Shown: one piece after another, positions 1 to 8,401 of the stretch
Position numbering within the stretch: the first letter of the stretch is position 1
Layout of the letters: each line of letters begins with the position of its first letter
Virus record (IMG/VR): IMGVR_UViG_2703719355_000014
Span: 1-11,462 of that record
Source of the DNA: a virus
Lineage: Duplodnaviria > Heunggongvirae > Uroviricota > Caudoviricetes
Length of the DNA stretch: 11,462 nt
Reading direction: 5' to 3' (one strand)
Translations under genes and position numbers: made by a program
The notes under the pieces: generated by a model
What the model saw: the letters and a program-made list of their open reading frames with translations, nothing else
Told to the model about the DNA's origin: nothing
Database searches by the model: none

Positions 1-73
1 GCCATACTCCTCCGGCAGAAGCAGAAAAAGCTTATTATGCTTCCATCGGAAACGATGATCTGGCAGCCTGAGT

Positions 74-1234
74 TCACAGATAAAACACTCTCCAGGAAAC
101 CCGGGGCGGTTCATAACGCTCAACCAGACGTTTAAGAATCATGTATCGCACACGACGGATAATGAAGCGATCAAAGTCACCACAGAACATGAATTTTTTA
201 CCCGCCCCGATATCATCAATTTCCTGATCAATGACATACGGTACATTCAACACTGAAGCAGGTGCCACACCAACAATATCCGGCAACCATAAAGGGCGTC
301 CCTGACCGTCTTCCATCTCACTGATCAGTTTCAGCGTATTATCGTTAAACGCCAGGCGGAATTTCGGCCCGCGACGATATGCAGGATCAATGCTGTGTTT
401 CAGAGCCAGAATTTCCTGCCACTTCACCGTATTTGCCGCGGCAGTCTGTGTTGTGCCGGTCACAGATGCGACCAGCCCTTTGGGTTGTTTAGGCGTACCA
501 GCACCAGTTCCCTGAATCAGATAACGGGCTTCACCACGACCAATACGTTCAGCAATGCGACGGGCAAGATAAGCTTCCATATCGATCGCGCTGTCCTGCA
601 GCAACTCATTAGACACACGAATGATTTTCGATGTCATTTTGAGCGCCCCAAGACTTCCCATACCGAAATCGGTGTCTTCTTCACCGGCTTCTTCATTTTC
701 GCCCAGCAGAACACCAACTTCGGAAGTACCATCAGCTGTTGCCCACTCCATAGTGCGACCGTCAGAAGTGGTCAGAATCTGCGCCACACTGGCGATGCCA
801 CCGTAGGATTTCATCTTCTCAACAACTTTCGCCAGGAATGTTTCTGGTACGGTATATCCGCCCTTTTCATCCTGAGCTACACCCTGGGCACGAAGTTCAC
901 GCAACGCCTTTCGTTCTTCTGATGTCAGCTCACTGGCACCGTGACGCATCCACTTATCAAAAACCTGAGCTCGTTTCTCATCCTGTTGCGGATTGTTTTC
1001 CGGATCAAGATTCTGACGCTGCTCTTCCTCATTGCTTTCAATGTACGCCTGATCCTGACGACGCAGTTCTTCTTCGCGTGCAATTCGTTCATCAAGCGCT
1101 TCCAGTTCGGATTTTGCTTTGTTCCACTCAGTGCGCTGCTCTTCCGTCCATGCGTTATCACCAATTTTTTCATTCAGGGCGCGCATGTCAGTTGCGATAG
1201 TATTACGTTTCTGTTTCAGTTCATGCAGTTTCAT
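74..1234 (-). CDS. Major capsid protein, HK97 family
   Basis: 386-aa ORF with a charged coiled-coil N-terminal region (delta-domain-like) followed by a Gly/Thr-rich body typical of the HK97 fold. It follows the prohead protease in canonical order. AAGGAA Shine-Dalgarno 6 nt upstream of the ATG at 1234; TGA stop at 74-76. Confidence 0.85.
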   Translation of the reverse strand: MKLHELKQKRNTIATDMRALNEKIGDNAWTEEQRTEWNKAKSELEALDERIAREEELRRQDQAYIESNEEEQRQNLDPENNPQQDEKRAQVFDKWMRHGASELTSEERKALRELRAQGVAQDEKGGYTVPETFLAKVVEKMKSYGGIASVAQILTTSDGRTMEWATADGTSEVGVLLGENEEAGEEDTDFGMGSLGALKMTSKIIRVSNELLQDSAIDMEAYLARRIAERIGRGEARYLIQGTGAGTPKQPKGLVASVTGTTQTAAANTVKWQEILALKHSIDPAYRRGPKFRLAFNDNTLKLISEMEDGQGRPLWLPDIVGVAPASVLNVPYVIDQEIDDIGAGKKFMFCGDFDRFIIRRVRYMILKRLVERYEPPRVSWRVFYL

Positions 1235-1244
1235 GATGTTTCCT

Positions 1245-1847
1245 TTACGCGTTAAGAAGGGTCAGGACGCGTTCACGCGCCATACGTTGATTAATGGCTT
1301 TCTGTAGCGCGCCACTGTTGCGCGCCTCCTGCCATGCTTTCATGGAGCGAACAGCCGAGTCAGCCTCCTGATAGGCAGGATATGTCACAGGACTGACATC
1401 CAGCAGACGGGAAAAGCGGGTTATCTCGCGAATAACAACCCCGTCCTCATCCTGATACCACTCCTCACCGTCACGGGCGACACGGAAAGCGAAAGATGAC
1501 TGGTTAATATCTCCACGTTGCATCGGGGCCAGCACCAGATCACGAATGGTCTGTGTCTCCGGAGCCTGGATGTCATAGCGTAATCCGCGCTCATCAACTG
1601 AAAGATTCAGCGTGCCTGCTGCACTACGCCCAAGAATAAAATTAGGATCGTGGTTAAACAGTGCGCGTACATCATCACCAAGCACATCGTCAAAAGCGCC
1701 GGGCCGGATGATTTCGCGGAATGAACCGAATATCAGCTCAGAACGACAGTCAAACACCGATCCATAACCGATAATGTGCGCCGGGTTATCGTCATGCCGC
1801 TCAGCACGCACCTCACCGCTGTAACAACGGATTTCACGGTCATTCAT
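1245..1847 (-). CDS. Prohead maturation protease, HK97 family
   Basis: The ORF track gives 1245..1904, but the internal ATG at 1847 (protein MNDREIRCYSGEVRAE...) has a GAGGGA Shine-Dalgarno 7 nt upstream and matches the usual protease N-terminus. This start overlaps the portal stop by 8 nt. Sits between portal and capsid as in HK97. Confidence 0.8.
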   Translation of the reverse strand: MNDREIRCYSGEVRAERHDDNPAHIIGYGSVFDCRSELIFGSFREIIRPGAFDDVLGDDVRALFNHDPNFILGRSAAGTLNLSVDERGLRYDIQAPETQTIRDLVLAPMQRGDINQSSFAFRVARDGEEWYQDEDGVVIREITRFSRLLDVSPVTYPAYQEADSAVRSMKAWQEARNSGALQKAINQRMARERVLTLLNA

Positions 1848-3066
1848 TGGTTTTTCCCTCATCGTTTTTTGGGGGCTTAAAATCTCCTGCCGGGTTAGCA
1901 GCATTCACGCTTACCAGCATCTCGTCCAGCCCTTCAACCGGATTCATATCCTCAAATGCGCGGGCCTCATTACGGCTCATCCATCCATCGGTAATAGCGA
2001 AGTGATAGAATTGCGTGCGCTCCTGCGGAGTTCCGCGTAAAAGCCCCGTCAGATTGAACCTGACGTAATACCCGGCGGCTAACTCAGCGCGGGTAAACAA
2101 GCGACGGTTAAGCTCCTGCTCCCAGTTCGTCACCCACGGCATCATCGTGTAGCGGACAAACTGAATCGCCTGCGCAGAAATATTGGAGAAGGTGGCTTTT
2201 TCGAGGTCATTAATCATGTGCGCAGGAATATTGAAAATACCGGCGATCATTGAACGGTTCAGCTTCATCATGTCAATGATCTGAGCGTCAACTGGCGACA
2301 CAGTCAGTGCCTTGTAATCCAGATCTGCTGGCAGCAGCATGGTTTTGTTTTCCTGGCGGCGTAACGCCTGCGATGCCTTCTGCCACTGTTCTTTAAGCCA
2401 GCCCCAGCTTTCCTTATTGAGTCCGCTTTTAACGGATACTATCCCCGCCGGACGGGCATTACCGCTGAAGAAGCTTTCTGTGTACTTCTGACCGCTCATC
2501 CCCATGCCTATTGTTTCGGCATGTTGCATAATCGGACTCAGCCCCATCTTCTGATTATTACCCAGCGCTCGGATGTGGATCATATCGTCGGGGCTGATCG
2601 CAAACGCCCCATATTCGTTGTACAAACCGTAGGTGTATCGGCCACCAGTATTCATCAGCGTCGTTTCCCACGGCATACAGCAATCCAGGGATATGACTTC
2701 ACCGCGACGATTACGTTTCACCCAGGTATACCCATTCCCCCAGCCAAGGATGTGACGTTGCTTCAGTTCGCGCCATTTGTAACTGGTTTGCCAGGTATTG
2801 GGCTCATCATGAACCAGATAAAACGCCGGATGATCGCGTGCGGGCTCAACCTTCCCATTGTGCCTGCGCATAACATGCAACGGCATCTGGGCAAGGCTGG
2901 AAGACAGGACATAGATACAGGAATACACCGCAGCCAGTTTCATCGCAGTTTCAGGACTGACATAAACGTCTGCCCGGAACAGCCCATCAGTATCAACGGC
3001 ATCCCCGGTTATCGGGGTGGAAGGATTCTCCAGTGATTTACTTCTGAACAGAGCATCAAGCAGCAC
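1840..3066 (-). CDS. Portal protein, HK97 family
   Basis: Long ORF carrying a portal-like ETAMKLAAVYSCI motif near the N-terminus, placed between terminase large subunit and protease. The maximal ORF starts at GTG 3114 with no RBS; GTG 3066 is preceded by a GAAGGGGGA purine-rich RBS and is preferred here. The start is uncertain (3066 or 3114). Confidence 0.8.
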   Translation of the reverse strand: MLLDALFRSKSLENPSTPITGDAVDTDGLFRADVYVSPETAMKLAAVYSCIYVLSSSLAQMPLHVMRRHNGKVEPARDHPAFYLVHDEPNTWQTSYKWRELKQRHILGWGNGYTWVKRNRRGEVISLDCCMPWETTLMNTGGRYTYGLYNEYGAFAISPDDMIHIRALGNNQKMGLSPIMQHAETIGMGMSGQKYTESFFSGNARPAGIVSVKSGLNKESWGWLKEQWQKASQALRRQENKTMLLPADLDYKALTVSPVDAQIIDMMKLNRSMIAGIFNIPAHMINDLEKATFSNISAQAIQFVRYTMMPWVTNWEQELNRRLFTRAELAAGYYVRFNLTGLLRGTPQERTQFYHFAITDGWMSRNEARAFEDMNPVEGLDEMLVSVNAANPAGDFKPPKNDEGKTNE

Positions 3067-3217
3067 GCGTCCCCCTTCTGACCATAACCAGTGCACCCAC
3101 CAGCAGTAAAGCACCGGACAAAATCAGAGCCGGAGCCATACCAAACTGCAGGTAAACTCCGCACGTAAGCAGGCCAAAACCAGTCAGCCCGATAACATCA
3201 GCAATTAGTGATTTCAT
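3056..3217 (-). CDS. Hypothetical small membrane protein (53 aa), candidate only
   Basis: Not in the ORF track (below cut-off). Its ATG at 3217-3215 overlaps the terminase large subunit TGA stop (3216-3214) as ATGA, suggesting translational coupling. Translation [53 protein letters not shown] has two hydrophobic helix-like segments and a basic C-terminus. No clear Shine-Dalgarno; overlaps the portal 5' end in another frame. Confidence 0.3.
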   Translation of the reverse strand: MKSLIADVIGLTGFGLLTCGVYLQFGMAPALILSGALLLVGALVMVRRGTRAA

Positions 3218-4935
3218 AGAATTAAGAGATCATCGTCCGGATCAAGAGATGAGAGGAAATCGCCAGGTTCTTTGAGCATTGCCCGACCGATCGTCATAAT
3301 CAGTGCAACCGCACCATCGATTTTGTTTTCCGCCTGCTCCTTGACGGGCTTCACTAAATCATCGTTACCAGGCATGTTTTTGCCGACCACATTGCCGATA
3401 CACCAGGTCATGATGGGATTGCCGTCATGATGAAAGCGTCCCGATTCAATCGCTGCTTCCAGCTCTTTCATCGGATCGGACATATTGGCGAAGTTCTGGA
3501 CGATAGTGACGGGATTCAGATCTTCATCAGCAAGGTCATGTGACAGCCCGGTCGCCCCGAAGGGGTCGATGGGTGACTCACTGACCGGGCTGATTTTGTT
3601 CGCCGCTTTGGCCTAGCGATAATCCACCTCTGCACCATCGGTAACGGTCAGGACGCCCATTTCCACCCATTTCTGAAAGCGTTCGGCTGTCCGTCTATCT
3701 TCATTTTTCTCGACGCTGTACACCGTGTCATACGGTACCCAGAAGCGCGGGGCCACACTGTAGTAATGCGTTTTACCGTCAATCTCGCGGGTATAAAGTC
3801 GCGCCATGCTGTTCATATCCAGCTTACGCGCCAGGTCAAAGGCCAGAATGCACGGCTGCCCCTCGAACTGCTCAAGGGTCAGTGATTTATCCTCGCAGCT
3901 CTGCCAGCTCACCAGGTTGAAATACGCCGAACGTGCCGACACCCAGATATTGAGGTGTTTCGTTTTAAAGACGTTTGCCAGACGGGCGTTATTTTTCGCA
4001 CGCTGCTGCTGACTTAACAAAAATTCGCGATAAACCGACACGCCAATATTTGGATTGGCTTTTTCCAGCACCTGCGGGTCGGTCCAGTCGTCACCTTCAT
4101 CAACGGTATAGATGATCCCGAACAGTTCATCGTTAGGCACCGAGCCGTTGAGCATCTCGATGACTTCCCGCCGCTTGTCGTAGCACAGCCCCTCAATGTT
4201 GTACCCGGCGGTGGTGATGGCCCACATCAGTGGCTGACGTCGCGCCCCCATCCCGGTAAGCATTGTGGTATAAAGCGCATCGGTGGCATGCTCGTGATAT
4301 TCATCAACCACGGCACAGTGGGGTGATGAACCATCACCGGGGTTACCGATCAGCGGTTCAAACCGCGCGCCATCCTCCGGACGGTTCATGTTTGAGGCGT
4401 TAACCTCAATCCCGAACGCTTCCGTCAGCATGGGTGTGCGTTTACACATCAGTCGCGCCGGGCGAAAGACTTCCCACGCCTGTTTCTCTGTCGTGGCACC
4501 GGAATACACTTCCGCGCCAAACTCGTTATCACAGGCAAAACAATACAGGGCAACACCGGCAGAGATTGCTGATTTGCCGTTCTTACGGGGGATTTCGGTA
4601 TACACCTCCCGGAAGCGGCGCAACCGGGTGCCTTTATTGACCCAGCCAAACGCACAGCAGATCACAAATAGCTGCCACGGCTCCAGCGTGATGGGCATCC
4701 GTTTGAATGCCCACTCACCCTTGGTGTGCGGCAACAGCTGAATAAATTTCGCGGCCCGTTCAGCCAGGTCCTTGTCGAAGCGGTAACGAAACGACTTACT
4801 TTTTTCCGCCATCAGGTCATCAAGATGGCACTGGCAGGCCTGAATCACAAACTGGCAGGCAACAATCTTTCCGCGCACGACATCCCGGGCATACTGATTG
4901 GCAGCATTTACGTTGGGGTAAGATTTCCGGCTCAT
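3214..4935 (-). CDS. Terminase large subunit, interrupted by one in-frame TAG at 3613-3615 (possible pseudogene, suppressed amber or sequencing error)
   Basis: ORFs 3613..4935 (440 aa) and 3214..3483 are in the same frame. I translated 3484-3612 by hand and it is open in that frame (…[55 protein letters not shown]…), so a single TAG separates the two parts. Read through, the product is about 573 aa, a typical size. Its ATG overlaps the terminase small subunit stop (ATGA at 4935-4932). Confidence 0.8.
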
Positions 4936-5426
4936 GACTCGATGATTTTCAGAAACGGGTTAGTGGCTTTCTTCTTCCCCGCCAGGCCAATCAGACGCTG
5001 GCGGCTGCTGGGGTCGAGTCCGAGCATTGCCCCCGTGCTGCTCATCTCGGACTCCTGTTCTTTCTTGGCGGTCAGCTCCGGGTTTTTGACCATACCGCCC
5101 ATTGCACCGGTAATGGTGTTGCCCTGGCTGGCAATATTTTTCACGGCACGTCGCCAGAACTCATAGGCCACGCACCACCGCTCAAGCACCGCGAGGTCAG
5201 TCACGCACAGCAGGCCCTGACCGCAGAGTTCTTTGGTTGTCAGTTGCCACATGATCGTGGCGAGAGGGAGATCTTCTTCAGCGAACCACTCCGGTGGCTC
5301 AACACCTTTGATGGGCGTAAAAACAGGTTCATCTTTATTCAGGGCTCGCTTGCCGGGGTTTCCGGCCAGCGCCTTGCGCGCCGTTGGCTTGGGGCGACGC
5401 CCGGAACGCCCCGCCGTTCCAGCCAT
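4932..5426 (-). CDS. Terminase small subunit (P27-like family)
   Basis: Basic N-terminus [14 protein letters not shown]..., located immediately upstream of and overlapping the large terminase. The ATG at 5426 has an AGGAG Shine-Dalgarno 8 nt upstream; the ORF-track start at 5435 is a GTG without better support. Confidence 0.75.
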   Translation of the reverse strand: MAGTAGRSGRRPKPTARKALAGNPGKRALNKDEPVFTPIKGVEPPEWFAEEDLPLATIMWQLTTKELCGQGLLCVTDLAVLERWCVAYEFWRRAVKNIASQGNTITGAMGGMVKNPELTAKKEQESEMSSTGAMLGLDPSSRQRLIGLAGKKKATNPFLKIIES

Positions 5427-5435
5427 ATGCGGCAC

Positions 5436-5551
5436 TCCTGGTTAAATTTCATTTTTCGCGGGTATAAAAAAACGATGGGGCGGGCAGTCCGGAAGACGTC
5501 AGGTCACAGGGATTTGACCCGCCCCTCCCCTCAGACAGTTGAGAATTATTA
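5436..5551. other. Candidate cos / packaging-site region (GC-rich dyad between HNH and terminase small subunit)
   Basis: Intergenic segment with GGGGCGGG (5477-5484) and its exact reverse complement CCCGCCCC (5518-5525), an inner GGTCA/TGACC repeat (5502-5506 / 5514-5518) and a GACGTC palindrome (5496-5501). In HK97-like phages cos lies between the HNH gene and the small terminase gene. On the minus strand the dyad is followed by TTTTTTTAT, so a terminator or attenuator is an alternative reading. Confidence 0.3.
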
Positions 5552-5902
5552 TCACTTTAACCGTTCACGGGCCGTCTTCGCCTTATGGCAGGGCCAGCAC
5601 AGACTCTGCAGATTACTGTCGGCATCAGTGCCGCCATGCGCTTTAGGAACGATGTGGTCAACGGTTTTCGCCTCACGCACCACACCAGCATGCAGACATG
5701 ACTGACACAGGCCTTTGTCACGCTTCAGCACACGTCCACGGATGACGTCCCATTTCGCACCATAACCGCGCTGGTGTCGGGACTGGCCTGGCTTGTATTG
5801 CTTCCAGCCTTCGCTTTTGTGGCTTTCGCAGTAGCCTGACGGGTCTGTAGTGGTATTACGGCAGCCGCGAACGCGGCAGGCTTTTGGGATTCGTGATGGC
5901 AT
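5552..5902 (-). CDS. HNH endonuclease (terminase-associated)
   Basis: Zinc-binding HNH motif (CQSCLH...VDHIVPKAHGG...NLQSLCWPCHKAK). The ATG at 5902 has a GGAG Shine-Dalgarno 5 nt upstream; the ORF-track N-terminal extension to 6001 has no support. Position directly upstream of the terminase genes matches the HK97 arrangement. Confidence 0.8.
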   Translation of the reverse strand: MPSRIPKACRVRGCRNTTTDPSGYCESHKSEGWKQYKPGQSRHQRGYGAKWDVIRGRVLKRDKGLCQSCLHAGVVREAKTVDHIVPKAHGGTDADSNLQSLCWPCHKAKTARERLK

Positions 5903-6022
5903 ATGTACTCCAATGAAGAAGCCACCGACATAGCCTCCTCCATTCATCGTGAAACTATTTTCATCTACGCAGTCATGAATTCTTTGTAGAGTTGTGATCA
6001 ATACAACTCACTAATGGAGAGG

Positions 6023-6044
6023 CTTGTCCAACACGTTGGACAAG
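6023..6044. repeat. Palindrome CTTGTCCAAC-AC-GTTGGACAAG (10-bp arms)
   Basis: Perfect 10-bp inverted-repeat arms separated by 2 nt, lying in the 425-bp non-coding region between the HNH start and bor. Could be an operator-like protein binding site or a stable hairpin; function unknown. Confidence 0.4.
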
Positions 6045-6124
6045 TTTCCTGTTTGATTTACTGGACACTATAGAAGGACAGAATGCCTTCCTCACTCGAA
6101 TAACATTAATTAAGGAGGTTCAAC

Positions 6125-6247
6125 ATGTTTCATTCCACAAATCATCAGGCTGTAATTATGGCTGTATCAGTTTGTGCCACAGACCTTTTCCGCTTCACTT
6201 TGAGCCTGATTCATTTCTACCTGACCGGCTCGCCTCTATCTTTTTAA
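6125..6247 (+). CDS. Hypothetical small hydrophobic protein (40 aa), candidate only
   Basis: Near-consensus Shine-Dalgarno TAAGGAGGT 5 nt upstream of the ATG at 6125. Translation MFHSTNHQAVIMAVSVCATDLFRFTLSLIHFYLTGSPLSF has one hydrophobic segment. Below the ORF-track length cut-off; same strand as bor and upstream of it. Confidence 0.3.
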   Translation: MFHSTNHQAVIMAVSVCATDLFRFTLSLIHFYLTGSPLSF

Positions 6248-6427
6248 TCCCCGCTTTATCCAAATTGCATTGCCAGAATGCCGACAACAGACTGACATTC
6301 AAATCCTGACTACCTCCAATAGTCTGACCGTACACCTATATAGTTTTAAATTTCATCAATCCATTTAACTATCGTTTAATTGTTGTCACATAGGATTCTG
6401 CCGTTTTTAACAATGCAGGATAATAAG

Positions 6428-6721
6428 ATGAAAAAAATGTTGTTTTCTGCCGCTCTGGCAATGCTTATTACAGGATGTGCTCAACAGACGTTTACTGTTG
6501 GAAACAAACCGACAGCAGTAACACCAAAGGAAACCATCACCCATCATTTCTTCGTTTCGGGAATTGGACAGGAGAAAACTGTTGATGCAGCCAAAATTTG
6601 TGGCGGCGCAGAAAATGTTGTTAAAACAGAAACCCAGCAAACATTCGTAAATGGATTGCTCGGTTTTATTACTTTAGGCATTTATACTCCGCTGGAAGCG
6701 CGTGTGTATTGCTCACAATAA
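6428..6721 (+). CDS. bor: Bor lipoprotein (lambda Bor-like, serum-resistance lipoprotein family)
   Basis: Translation from the ATG at 6428 (MKKMLFSAALAMLITGCAQQTFTV...) has a signal peptide and LITGC lipobox, is 97 aa, and matches lambda Bor closely from memory. AGGA Shine-Dalgarno 7 nt upstream. Opposite strand to the lysis genes, as in lambda. Confidence 0.9.
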   Translation: MKKMLFSAALAMLITGCAQQTFTVGNKPTAVTPKETITHHFFVSGIGQEKTVDAAKICGGAENVVKTETQQTFVNGLLGFITLGIYTPLEARVYCSQ

Positions 6722-6731
6722 TTGCATGAGT

Positions 6732-6749
6732 TGCCCATCGATATGGGCA
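6732..6749. terminator. Hairpin between convergent bor and Rz (7-bp stem TGCCCAT/ATGGGCA, 4-nt loop)
   Basis: Inverted repeat in the 31-bp gap between the stops of bor and Rz. No clear U-tract on either strand, so terminator function is uncertain. Confidence 0.3.
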
Positions 6750-6752
6750 GCT

Positions 6753-7214
6753 CTATCTGCACTGCTCATTAATATACTTCTGGGTTCCTTCCAGTTGTTT
6801 TTGCATAGTGATCAGCCTCTCTCTGAGGGTGAAATAATCCCGTTCAGCGGTGTCTGCCAGTCGGGGGGAGGCTGCATTATCCACGCCGGAGGCGGTGGTG
6901 GCTTCACGCACTGACTGACAGACTGCTTTGATGTGCAACCGACGACGACCAGCGGCAACATCATCACGCAGAGCATCATTTTCAGCTTTCGCATCAGCTA
7001 ACTCCTTCGTGTATTTTGCATCGAGCGCAGCAACATCACGCTGGCGCACCTGCATGTCAGTAATTGTCGAGTTCGCCAGCTTCAGTTCTCTGGCATTTTT
7101 GTCGCGCTGGGCTTTGTAGGTAATGGCGTTATCGCGGTAATGATTAACAGCCCATGACAGGCAGACGATGATGCAGATAACCAGAGCGGAGATAATCGCG
7201 GTTACTCTGCTCAT
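6753..7214 (-). CDS. Rz: Rz i-spanin (inner-membrane spanin subunit)
   Basis: 153 aa with an N-terminal TM segment and coiled-coil periplasmic domain; nearly identical to lambda Rz from memory. Overlaps the R stop and contains Rz1 embedded in the +1 frame. Confidence 0.9.
   Translation of the reverse strand: MSRVTAIISALVICIIVCLSWAVNHYRDNAITYKAQRDKNARELKLANSTITDMQVRQRDVAALDAKYTKELADAKAENDALRDDVAAGRRRLHIKAVCQSVREATTASGVDNAASPRLADTAERDYFTLRERLITMQKQLEGTQKYINEQCR
6812..6994 (-). CDS. Rz1: Rz1 o-spanin (outer-membrane lipoprotein spanin subunit), embedded in Rz
   Basis: 60-aa ORF wholly inside Rz in another frame. Signal peptide with VVGC lipobox and a proline-rich mature region (PPPPPAW...PPPDW), as in lambda Rz1. 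Confidence 0.85.
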   Translation of the reverse strand: MRKLKMMLCVMMLPLVVVGCTSKQSVSQCVKPPPPPAWIMQPPPDWQTPLNGIISPSERG

Positions 7215-7687
7215 ACCTCAATCTCTCTGACCGTTCCGCCTGCTTCTTTGAATTTTGCAATCAGGCTGTCAGCCTTATGCTCGAACTGACCATAACCAGC
7301 ACCCGGCAGTGAAGCCCAGATATTGCTGCAACGGTCAATTGCCTGACGAATATCACCGCGATCAATCATCGGTAAAGCGCCACACTCTTTAATCTGCTGC
7401 AGAGCTACAGCGTCCTGGCTTTCTGGAGAAAAATCTTTCAGGCCAAGCTGTTTACGGTAAGCATCCCACCAGCGTGAAAGAAGCTGGTAACGTCCGGCGG
7501 CTGTTGACTTGAGTTTCGGGTTTAGCGTGACAAGTTTGCGAGGGTGATCGGAGTAATCAGTGAAGAGTTCACCACCAACAATAACGTCATAACCGTGGTT
7601 ACGTGTCGGTTGTCGTCCGTTATCCGTTCCTTCTGACCAAGCCACCATATCGAGGAAAGCTTTACGCTGGGAATTTAGTACCTGCAT
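7211..7687 (-). CDS. R: Endolysin R (lambda-type lytic transglycosylase)
   Basis: 158 aa, [26 protein letters not shown]...; nearly identical to lambda R over its full length from memory. Sits between holin and Rz. Confidence 0.9.
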   Translation of the reverse strand: MQVLNSQRKAFLDMVAWSEGTDNGRQPTRNHGYDVIVGGELFTDYSDHPRKLVTLNPKLKSTAAGRYQLLSRWWDAYRKQLGLKDFSPESQDAVALQQIKECGALPMIDRGDIRQAIDRCSNIWASLPGAGYGQFEHKADSLIAKFKEAGGTVREIEV

Positions 7688-7690
7688 AAA

Positions 7691-8017
7691 TTACTCCTTA
7701 GAGCCACCAAATTTGTTACCGATTACTCGCATTGCAGCCCCACGAATAGCATTGACACCGATCAGCCCCACCCCACCACCAATGGCAACAGATAGTGATT
7801 TAGGCCATCCGACATACTCAAGAGCGGATGCAAAAGTCAGCGTCAGAGCACCACAGAGTAGAATTTCGAGTGTTTTTCGCTTCCAGCCGCCACCACCGCC
7901 AAAATAGGCAATACGTAAACCAGCCATAACAATCGACATAATCACTGCGCCCAGCGGTGTGTCTCCACGCCACCAGCTCTGGACCAACTCCAGCCAGGTA
8001 TTTGGGTTATGAGGCAT
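7691..8017 (-). CDS. S: Holin, lambda S family (class I)
   Basis: 108 aa with hydrophobic helices and a basic C-terminal tail. Pattern resembles lambda S (…MAGLRIAYFGGGG… against lambda …MAYLRGRYNGG…). Immediately upstream of R. Confidence 0.8.
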   Translation of the reverse strand: MPHNPNTWLELVQSWWRGDTPLGAVIMSIVMAGLRIAYFGGGGGWKRKTLEILLCGALTLTFASALEYVGWPKSLSVAIGGGVGLIGVNAIRGAAMRVIGNKFGGSKE

Positions 8018-8159
8018 TTGTAGTTATCTCTCACCTCGCCAATACAGGAGGTGCAAATTGAGGGAACATCATGTACCGCAAATCAGAAGCGGAAACGTAA
8101 AAGAGGCCGAGCCAATGGATAACTGCGGTATAGACCAGGCTCAACAAATAGCCGGGTCC

Positions 8160-8188
8160 AGAAACGACAAACCCGCTCGACGGCGGGT
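8160..8188 (-). terminator. Candidate intrinsic terminator (tR'-like) on the minus strand
   Basis: Stem ACCCGC/GCGGGT (8171-8176 / 8183-8188) with a 6-nt loop. On the minus strand it is followed by TTGTCGTTTCT. It lies about 210 nt downstream of the candidate late promoter, comparable to the lambda pR'-tR' spacing. Confidence 0.3.
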
Positions 8189-8401
8189 TTAAGCTGTGTG
8201 GCGAAGTGACCACTCTTAACACGATACAATAGTTTTTGCGTACGCGTTAGCATTTTTGATGGAAGTTAATGGTTGTTAATCTTATACTCAGTAAACAAAA
8301 TTTATGCCGCCTTGAGCATGATGCGACATTAGGCACATGTTTGGATCTTCCTCGAAGATTCGTGCGGTAGCTATGCTCAAAATCCAATCAGCTCATAAAA
8401 C

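Noticed and set aside
395-1255. Plus-strand ORFs (175, 61, 120, 104 aa) and a minus-strand 82-aa ORF inside the capsid gene
   Set aside because: They lie wholly within the well-supported capsid CDS and are typical antisense or off-frame artefacts.
2521-3036. 171-aa plus-strand ORF inside the portal gene
   Set aside because: Antisense to a strongly supported portal CDS, with no independent start signal.
3806-5166. Several 60-146 aa ORFs overlapping the terminase genes on either strand
   Set aside because: Embedded in or antisense to the terminase CDSs; compositional artefacts of GC-rich coding DNA.
5244-5943. Plus-strand 153-aa ORF and minus-strand 72-aa ORF overlapping the small terminase and HNH genes
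   Set aside because: Overlap better-supported genes in other frames, with no RBS.
5903-6001. N-terminal extension of the HNH ORF (MITTLQRIHDCVDENSFTMNGGG...)
   Set aside because: The internal ATG at 5902 has a proper Shine-Dalgarno and begins the conserved domain; the extension has no start signal.
6380-6427. Upstream extension of bor in the ORF track
   Set aside because: The signal peptide and lipobox begin at the ATG at 6428, which has the RBS; the extension is unsupported.
6407-7119. ORFs antisense to bor and Rz (77, 70, 63 aa)
   Set aside because: Antisense to near-lambda-identical genes; only Rz1 is a known real embedded gene here.
7713-7907. 64-aa plus-strand ORF inside the holin gene
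   Set aside because: Antisense artefact within the holin CDS.
8031-8222. 63-aa minus-strand ORF upstream of the holin
   Set aside because: No RBS and a low-complexity translation. The region more plausibly holds the late-transcript leader and the tR'-like hairpin.
8040-8225. Possible tRNA genes downstream of Q, as seen in some lambdoid phages
   Set aside because: No T-loop GTTCRANYC-type motif or cloverleaf-compatible structure found on either strand by eye.
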